Positions 21,801 through 29,838 of a stretch of 29,838 nt of DNA are shown one piece after another. A model generated the notes under the pieces. That model searched no databases. It saw only the letters and a list, made by a program, of their open reading frames with translations, and was not told the origin of the DNA. The DNA is from Asterionella formosa (Eukaryota). The position numbers and the translations under genes are program-made. The stretch is from positions 62,001 through 91,838 of the forward strand of contig NKIB01010963.1 of NCBI GenBank assembly GCA_002256025.1. Reading direction: 5' to 3'. Each line of letters opens with the position of its first letter. Position 1 is the stretch's first letter.

Positions 21801-23907
21801 AATTCGTATCTGTCGCGCAACCCCTTGTCGTCCCTCGCTCTTCACCTGTCGAAATCCTGTGAACCGAACCGGGCGCTTCGCGCCCTGGTGCGACTCAAAG
21901 AACTCCACACTAGCTCGTTGAGGCCCAATAACGCGTACTTAAAAATATATTTATCACATAAAAATCTGTAAGCCACCGTCATGTTCTTAGCACATGGAGT
22001 ACATGGAGCAATTGTCGTTACGGATAGGATTCGGATGCCAGGGCAATAGCATCTTAAAAGTTGTCGTACATAACTACATATGGCAAAATAAATAGTTTCT
22101 CTTCGAGTCCTCCATCATGTTAATGGAAAATTACCCCTCCGTAGCCAACCGCAAAATTTTGACTTTCTGAAAAATGACATTAATTGGTAACCGTTCCTGG
22201 AGGTTGCGGTTTGAGCGAGTCAGACCTCATAGTATCTAAAGTGGTTACCAGTTAAAGTCAGACTCCATTATTACGAAAGCTAGTACATCCGGTGGATCGT
22301 TTCGAAAATGTCATCGTCACATAGCTACGAGGGGCAATGTTTTTTCTTAAGTAATAGCTTTGGTGGAGGCCTGCTAGTCAGAGAAGCAAAGATTGTGGAG
22401 GAGAAGGTAAGCCCATTGCGACTGGTGTCAGAGTTATCACAATCCCCGGCGCCTTCATTGTTGATTGTCAACTGTCATTGCTGGAACTTCCTCCAATGAT
22501 ATGCATGTCTTCTTTCATAAACCTCCTAAAGTAGGCACAGTTTCCGATTTAGTGCGCAACATGAAGACATACAGAAAGCATGAAGAGGAAAATCTCGGCA
22601 ATGGAGACTTGGTTGTATCTTTGATCCATCATCATGTTCTTCGCAGGCAGACTGGAGCTGCTATTTGTAATTGCTGTATGGGAAGGAGGCTGTTAGGTGC
22701 AGGTGGATACACATGGAAGTACATTTGACTGCTGTCTCATGAGGTGTCCAGCCAGCCATATTCAACAATCTTCCGATGTCAACATTCATTGTTCTTAAGA
22801 GGACAAGTTATTCACTGTATATGTTCGTAGAAATTGAATCAACAATTATAGACTTTTAAGTGTTAATCAATACATCTACTGCTCCTTGATTCACAATAGT
22901 AGCTGTATTTTTTGTAGTCATAGCAAGAATAACCATGATGGACCTGAAATGTTTTTGCAACAAACCGGCATACAAGTCACCATGATTGTACCACCAACTT
23001 CGGCGGTTGCGCCGTCAAAGGAGGGGGGTCGTGAAAAGTTAAAATATTCGACTATAGAGAAAAGTGAAAAAACGTAAATATAAAATTCCCTAAATAACCA
23101 TTGGTCTAAATGACGTTCCCGTAGACGACATACCACCGGAGCAAAATTTCCATCCGTCACGAGGACTGCTCCATGTGAGCAGTCCATCTTCCGACTGAAA
23201 ATATTTAAGTAATTTATCAAACGAAATCTGATGCAAGTACGAAGTGTATGTTAGACGATGCACTCTAATCTACTCAACGAATAATTAATAGCTATGATGC
23301 AGTGTATGGAGCCATGAAAGTCTAATTTTTCAAAGTCATTAAGATTGTTGCATAGCAGTGGCTTACAGTGCATATTTTCCTGTATGTACATGATTAGTAT
23401 ATTTCTCCCCCAAACCGTGATTATTTTCACTCCGTTTATACTGCAGAAATTCTTTTAGTATTACTTTACCTGTCATTCGAGATACAGTATCCCTTTGAGC
23501 TTGCATCATCACCAAATTTTTCTGACAGAAAAGGTAGTAAATCACATGTCGGTGCGTATTTACATGTTCTTAATGCCGGCTTTCTTTTCGCTAGTACGGC
23601 ATAATTGTCACTGACGGGCGACGGACAGTAGCAAATCACTGCAATCGTCTCTACGTATACCTATGCGCCTGCTATTGTAAGGATGACGTTTTTGTATCCT
23701 CTAGGGCGATGTTTCTACTACCTGGCTGGTACGGAGGTACAGCAGGTTGCTTTACCGTATCGATATTTTGTACTTTCAGTACGAGGGTACATCATAATAT
23801 ATGTATACTATGCATAAAAGTTTTGGATCAGGCAGCAACGGTCGATCCAGTGGAGTTCAACTATATGGAATGAATCTCGCAGACCAGTATCCACTGCTAG
23901 TACCGAG

Positions 23908-24186
23908 TTTACATCTTTCCGCACAGAACGTTGTGGATTCTGGGAGCCACCTTAGCTCTCCGAGCACTTCTCACTTTCTTTGATCTCCGGAATCCACATT
24001 ACCCATACTCTGCCAGAGCTCACATCGACAACCAAGCCTTGGTCACACACCCGCCTAAACACCCATCATCACAACTCTATTTGCCACTCTCTTTGACCAG
24101 ACTGGGATTTGATCTCCTCAGCTCCTTGAGTCCTTGCCTCTCTTCCCATTTACATCAACGCCACCAATGTCAAGAGTCACCAAGAT
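23908..24186 (+). mobile_element. Non-LTR retrotransposon RNase H domain fragment (pseudogene)
   Basis: TSFRTERCG/ILGA (S.RAE..G.L), HIDNQALV, L*PDWDLI and NVKSHQD occur in order, with frameshifts and TGA stops. Confidence 0.7.
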
Positions 24187-24671
24187 CATCTACAACGCCG
24201 ACTATTGTTACAGTCGCCAGAAAAAAACGCTAGTCGAATATGATCACCCAAATAAAAAATTTGTGTGTCCCACTATCATGACAAATTGGGCTACATACAT
24301 AATTTAAGGGTATGCATGACATCAAATATAAAATGTAATGCATCATAGAATATATTTGATAGGAGTGAACTAAAATAGTTTCGATAACTTCCATAAATTT
24401 TTTATAAACCAACATAAATTTTGGGGCAAACTAATAATATTTTTGTATTAGTGATCATATAATTTCTGCATCAACGAACACAATTATTGTTTGCAGCAAT
24501 CAACTATAATTTCTTTGAAGAGCAAAGTAAAATGGCAATGCTAGCTATTTCTATAATAATGTTGTTGAAATATCTACCAGAACTATATTTACATTATATG
24601 ATTAGCTGGTGCTACCAAGCAATGGTAGTTGGCAAAATTGTTGAACAGCATGCTGATATAGAATCACTGCT

Positions 24672-24694
24672 TTGCTTGCTTGCTTGCTTGCTTG
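24672..24694. repeat. (TTGC)5 microsatellite
   Basis: TTGCTTGCTTGCTTGCTTGCTTG read directly. Confidence 0.9.
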
Positions 24695-25944
24695 TGGTGG
24701 CATCCTTCAATCACTTTTCTAGAAGAAATCATTATAATACAACCTTCTCTTGAAGCACGGCATTAGATGCTGTTTCACTACCATCTGGTCTGTGGTCATG
24801 GATGATTGTTGGACGAGAAGCCATGATTCCTGCAAGTATTGTAGAGATAAATATGTTAAAGTTGCGAAATTGATAACAATGGCAAAGCGCACAGACCAAT
24901 CATCTTGCTTCTTACGTTATTTTAGTTTGGAGCTGTCAAAAAGCATTTTGGTTTCTGATGAACAAGCTGGACAACTTGTGTGAGTGTTTGCAATGAACAG
25001 AAGGCAAGGGATGAATGAAACAACAATCAATATCATACCAAGAAATGCGCCAGCAAAACAACCTTGACAACGACCTAAATTCTTCTTTAATTCTTGAATT
25101 TTCTTTCATGAGAAGCTGTAATTAAGAAAGGAGAAAGAGGTGGTGTGAGAAGTAGAAGATCAGAAAGAGTTACAATCACTGACCATGCAGAGGCAATCTT
25201 CACCATTGCGGCTTTTGGCATAAATTTTTCAATTATGTAGGCGCAAGAATGATGATGATGATACTAGAGTTCCAGTCGATATTTAGTTAATTAAATATGT
25301 GCGCGGTCAATTGTGCTCTTTTCCCACTAATAAAATGTACCAGACTCCTGTAAAACGAACACGCAAACAATACATAGAAAATTATTTTTTAGCTGAGATA
25401 CTGCGATTCTTTTGTCTATACAAAATGCTACATTGTACTTGTTATGATCATCTGGAGCATCCTGCATCATGTCGTCTCAGTCTTGACCATGACGAAAATA
25501 GCGGAAATCTCTACGAAAATTGAGAACGACGCCTTCCTATTTCTTACATATATCAAGCACAACAAAGACAATACAACGGTAAATTAATTATTGCAATAAC
25601 ATTAATATTGACCACGAAAACTGAAATCGCCGATGGCACTTTTTTCTACATACTCTATAACTACTCAATTCAAATCGGCGCTTTCTTTGCGAACAGATTT
25701 GACATTTTCGCAGTGGCTGAGCAATGAATAAGAGAACGACTATAACAGTAACATGATTAGTTGAAGCAAAAGATGTTAAAATAATTATTTATCAAATGAG
25801 AATTGATTGATTGTACAACCGGAAATTTGTTTAATCGTGGATGGAGGAATCGGCGCCACAAATGCATGTGCTGTTTCTTTGGCAGTCCCTATCAAGGAAA
25901 AATGTGATAGAGGAAAAATAATAATTAAATCGAAATTAGGGACT

Positions 25945-26164
25945 CTTCAAGGTTGCTGCATGTCAACCCTAAGGCAAAAATTAATATATTGCTTAGGGTT
26001 GCCGAAATTCCCTGGAACTAAGAATTTATAGGAGCTATTTTTGAATGACATGATTCCATTTGAAATATTTAAATCAGTGAAAATTAGCGCATACGTACAC
26101 AGATTCCTTTTCGAATTCGCTAAATATATAGATAGACATTGTACATCGCTAAATGTAGTATACC
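25945..26164 (+). repeat. Dispersed ~220-bp repeat, copy 1 (probable transposon end)
   Basis: Aligns collinearly with 29610-29830, including the identical block TATTGCTTAGGGTTGCCGAAATTCCCTGGAACTAAGAATTT and AGATTCCTTTTCGAATTC. Confidence 0.9.
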
Positions 26165-26334
26165 GGTATATACCAGCGATTATGTTTCTTATATATGACC
26201 CGGCGGCTCGGCAAATATTTGAAAGTGCTCTCAACGAGTGGTACTAGTACACGTATAACGTCCAATGATGATCATCTCGTACTGGTACCCGTAGTAGATA
26301 TAGTATCGGCCAACCGGTACACCTGCCCAAGGAA

Positions 26335-26648
26335 ATGTTACATGTGTATCCAATGTGGCCGGTTTGGGTTTGTAATTCCTTGCACAATCAAACGGAGGTA
26401 AGTATTTCGCAGTAGCTTATCAGTACATATATATAATACTGGCTGTGTGCACTTACAATGGAATTTTGTTACAGGAAATTTTACGACCAAATATTGCATC
26501 ACAAGACTCTGATTCAGATGATGACGTTTCAGCGCTAAGTGGTTCTGATTACGATTTTTTGGAGACAGTAGAAAAGGCCGATTTCGTCGGATTTTTGGAT
26601 GACAATAGCTCAACGTTCGCTGGGTCTGAAGGCGATTTAGATACATAG
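26335..26648 (+). pseudogene. Two-exon mini-ORF or 3' gene fragment with acidic tail (about 78 aa)
   Basis: A 77-nt intron at 26398-26474 (GTAAGT..ACTTAC..TTACAG) joins HNQTE|EILRPNIASQDSDSDDD in frame to TAG 26648. Confidence 0.4.
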
Positions 26649-26678
26649 TTAACCTTCAAATAGCATTAGTATCTAACT

Positions 26679-26807
26679 TCTGGCGAGAAACTGCAGAAAG
26701 GAACTTCGGTTTTTTTACTGAGCCAACTAAAAAGATTTCCCCCATAATTTCCAGTCTTTATAGTATAGTTAAAAAACCGAAGTTCCTTTCTGCAGTTTCT
26801 CGCCAGA
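26679..26807. mobile_element. 129-bp element with perfect 37-bp inverted repeats (MITE-like)
   Basis: TCTGGCGAGAAACTGCAGAAAGGAACTTCGGTTTTTT (26679-26715) is the exact reverse complement of 26771-26807; 55-bp spacer. Confidence 0.7.
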
Positions 26808-26813
26808 TCCTAA

Positions 26814-27594
26814 GAGGATGAGGCGCTTGCTCGGTCCTGGGTTGCAGCCAGTAAAGACTCAATCACTGGGACTCGTCAGAAGGCAAGCAAGTTTGGGGCC
26901 GGTTGTTAGAGATTTATGTAGGTCTCATCCCGGATGGCAAGGAACGGACGTCAACAGCATTCACGGCTCGATGGGGAACAATAAATCAAGACGTCACAAA
27001 GTTCTGCAGCCTTTTTGATCAGGTGACAAGTGTTCCAAAGTCGGGATGGACAGAGGATAAATACATTGAAGAAGCCATGGAGCTATTTAAATTGGAAGGA
27101 AAAGGGAAAAGGCTAGGCAAAGAATTTATTTTCGAAGGGTGTTGGCATGTTTTAAAGGAAGCCTCGAAGTGGAAGGGTGGTTGCGGTTATGTTCGGGATC
27201 ATTCAAAATTGAAGCTCGATGATTTGAAGTATGAGTTGCTTCCCATGGGGGCAAAAGCCGCCAAGAATGAAAAGCATGTTGCAAATGCTCAGCTTGTCAT
27301 TGAGCAGAAGCATGTTATGATGCTTGAAAGAAAGGTGAAAACTCAACGTGATGAGTTTCTATTCAAGATATTTTCAATGAATAGTGAATCAGCAGAAGCA
27401 AAAAGGTGGTTTGCCATGAAGGCACAAGAAGCAACGAGGAGATAAATGCTGTGATTGGGAAACTGGCAGCCAAAAAGGCCAAAAAAGATATAGTGGAGTT
27501 TAGCAGATCTGCTGAAGTAGATGTTTCAACTTCTCCATCAGCATCTACTGATGATGATGAATCGAATCTAAAAACTAAACAACTAGAGTTTTAA
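26814..27594 (+). pseudogene. Harbinger ORF1, Myb/SANT-like (NAM-associated) DNA-binding protein, frameshifted and 5'-truncated
   Basis: EDEALARSWVAASKDSITGTRQKASKF, then a frameshift, then RWGTINQDVTKF, SGWTEDKYIEEAMELF, FIFEGCWHVLKEASKW and PMGAKAAK; second frameshift near 27435. Confidence 0.85.
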
Positions 27595-27699
27595 AATAAT
27601 TTGGTTATTAATTACTCTGCTAGTATCACTTCATTGTTTCCGATTTACATTATAAGAGTCAATAGATTGTTTAATTTAATATAAATAAAATACTATATT

Positions 27700-28936
27700 T
27701 TATTTATCCTCATTTCGAGTCCACAGATGCTGGATTAAATCATTTCTCAATTGATAGCGCTCACCTTGTTCATCGATGTAGTTCATTCGAATTGCTTTGA
27801 AATCTAGAAAAGTATGCACAATGTCGTTATTCACATTGTCAACAAAAAGCCATCCGGAATATTATCAAATAAATATTCGTTTGTGTCTTTTGTATCCCAC
27901 TCGTCATCTTCTATAATCATGTTGTGTAGTATGATACATGCAATGATGACATGATTCATTGCACTCACTGACCGAAGTTTGCACGGAAGCGCCAGGATCC
28001 TCCACGTTGCTTGTAGCACACCAAATGCTCGCTCTATGTCCTTGCGTTAAGCTTCTTAAACCATTAAAAAATGTGCACCCTTTGCACCTTGTGGTTCCGA
28101 AATTGTTTTGACAAAAATGTGTCAATCTGGACAGATGCCATCAACCAAATAGTAACCTAGATTGTGTTCTTTGTTGTTGATTATGAAGTTGACGGCAGGC
28201 GTCCTTCCAGCTGTCAAATCCCGGAAAAACGGAGAACGATCAAAAATATTGAGATCGTAGCTTGTTAGCACCTGGCATTCCAAACCATGCATGCCAGAAC
28301 CAAAGTCTACAATCAACTGCAGCTTCCAAAGCAACAGTAGCCACTCCATCTTTTCCTTGAAACGCTCCTCTGTGTGCCATGGGACAATTATTCCATTCCC
28401 ACTGCATCACATCCAATGAACCAAGAAGTCCCAGCCAACCCTTTGCTTCATGTAGACGTAAAACTATTTCCATGTCATCCTTTGTAGGAGCTCGCAAATA
28501 TTCTATTCCATACCTGCTGATTATTGAGTTACAAAACACTTTTCGATTGTGGAGTGTGGTCGATTCAGCCATTCTTGTGAGGTCATCCAGCTGATCTGCC
28601 GAAGTTCCGTAAGCCAACATTTGAAGTGCTGAGTTTAACTTTTGATGTGGCGAAAAACCGACCAGACCCACCCAAGGCATCTTTCTTCTGTTCAAAGTAT
28701 GGATTCGCCTCCACCAAATCTTCAAGAATCTTTTCAAATAAGGAGCGACGCATCCGGAATCGCCTCCTGAAATGTTCAGGAGAGAAGATTGGATTCTCGC
28801 CGAAATAGTTGTCATTCAACAGCTTATCGTACTCTGTGCGAAAGCGATTCACGTTAGTAGCCTTGCCAACCTTGGAACCTCCTCCCCGATTTTGTGTTTT
28901 CTTTGCATCATTCTCACTTCTTTGTTGACGATGCAT
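27700..28936 (-). pseudogene. PIF/Harbinger transposase (Plant_tran/DDE_Tnp_4 type) with frameshifts and stops
   Basis: FRRRFRMRRSLF, QKLNSALQMLAYG, YLRAPT, GLLGSLDVMQWEW.NCP, LEAAVD..LWFWHAWFGMPGAN, DLNIFDRSP, YYLVDGI, RKDIERAFGVLQ, CIILHNMIIED and LRNDLIQHLW; TAA at 27700-27702. Confidence 0.95.
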
Positions 28937-29609
28937 CTTGCGGAAATGGCAGAGGCGATCATCATCAGATGTATAAAGACAATATAACTCTATTTCTATT
29001 TGCTAAAATTTTGGGCGCGAGATTTGACTATTTTAGGATTTGGTCAATGCGGTGGGAAAAAATATGAACATTTCGACTATTGATAACAAATTTCTTGACC
29101 AAGTGACATGTTTTGATATTTTCAACTGCATTTGGCTTTGGGGATGCGGTGGAGATGCTCTAAGAAGTGTGTGTTTGAGTACTCTGACTCAACATTATTT
29201 TTTAATTCTACCTCTAGGGTTGAAATGCAGCAAAGTGAATTTATTATGTGGTGAGACCAGCATTATATCATTGCCGTGAAGTGACGTAATTTAGTAAAAA
29301 CGTGAAATTCGCATTTTGGCGTCGACAGCAACCTTTGGGCCATAATAGGTAAGTATTTGTAGACAATGCAACAATGCAAGTACGGAAATATTTACCTCGC
29401 TATAAATCTGAACAACAACCCTCTTTCGAGACACTACCGGTACCAGGTACGGGAAGTTCAAACCCTTCGTTTGTTCCGTTTAGCGGTGCCTTACAGTTCA
29501 AAATTCGTCACAATACCGGCGGCTTATGTACAGTTTTTATGTGGTACTCCGGAGTCCGGAGTACCAGGTACCATAAGAATATATCAGAAAGCAAGTTGTG
29601 GTCATTTGG

Positions 29610-29830
29610 CTTAAGGTTCCTGCATTTGAACCCCTAGGCAAAAAATAAAATATTGCTTAGGGTTGCCGAAATTCCCTGGAACTAAGAATTTTTATGAGTT
29701 AATTTTGAATGACGTGATTCCAATTGAAATATTTGAATCACTGGAAATTTGCGCGTACATACATAGATTCCTTTTCGAATTCAATAAATATATACATAAA
29801 CGTTCTCCATCGCTCAATGTTTATATACCC
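29610..29830 (+). repeat. Dispersed ~220-bp repeat, copy 2
   Basis: Direct, diverged copy of 25945-26164; both end in ...TATACC. Confidence 0.9.
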
Positions 29831-29838
29831 TATCATGC

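Larger units (their letters stand above)
26808..29160. mobile_element. PIF/Harbinger DNA transposon, left-truncated, non-functional
   Basis: Convergent Myb/SANT-like ORF and DDE transposase. The right end ...GGTGGAGATGCTC (reverse complement GAGCATCTCCA, a typical PIF/Tourist TIR) is followed by TAA at 29161-29163. No matching left TIR found. Confidence 0.9.

Noticed and set aside
22340..22800. Minus-strand GRLLNMAGW...YFHVYPP resembling Crypton/Ndc10-type sequence
   Set aside because: Only a short motif in broken frames, with no tyrosine recombinase catalytic residues identifiable.
24487..25523. Short ORFs and intron-like signals in the AT-rich block (similar ones at about 18000-19160)
   Set aside because: No frame could be reconstructed or assigned to a family.
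1..29838. Fanzor/TnpB, tRNA, rRNA or viral genes
   Set aside because: No RuvC/zinc-finger motif set, cloverleaf, rRNA-like or viral hallmark sequence was recognised by eye. Covariance-model and HMM scans would be needed to exclude them fully.

Overview
Eukaryotic nuclear DNA, very probably a diatom. This rests on short 70-95 nt GT-AG introns with YTRAC branch points, an ASAFAP-type bipartite plastid presequence, RXL motifs and diatom-type retroelement remnants. Seven apparently intact genes: CAF-1 subunit B (198-1953, -), plastid-targeted guanylate kinase (2645-3397, -), an unknown 218-aa ORF (4007-4663, +), a Tweety-like multi-pass membrane protein (4780-7192, -), a small basic protein with a Tudor/SH3-like N-terminus (13877-14842, +), a Ulp1/SENP SUMO protease (14964-16604, -) and a type I membrane protein (19323-20295, -). 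Between them lie AT-rich blocks of decayed mobile DNA (about 7.4-13, 16.7-19.2 and 20.7-29.8 kb). These contain an intron-bearing pseudogene, a decayed IS630/Tc1-like DDE transposase, two LINE fragments (RNase H and C-terminal), and a left-truncated PIF/Harbinger transposon with convergent Myb/SANT-like and transposase pseudogenes plus its right TIR and TAA. Also present: a perfect 37-bp inverted-repeat element, a 15-bp tandem array, and a duplicated ~220-bp element holding an inverted pair of TTAGGG motifs. No clearly novel multi-gene system could be established. The most curious signals are non-coding: (GGTACCW)n palindromes clustered upstream of genes, the 129-bp hairpin, the telomere-motif hairpin repeat and a nested or pseudoknot-like structure at 22131-22337. 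All family assignments are by motif recognition, without database searches.
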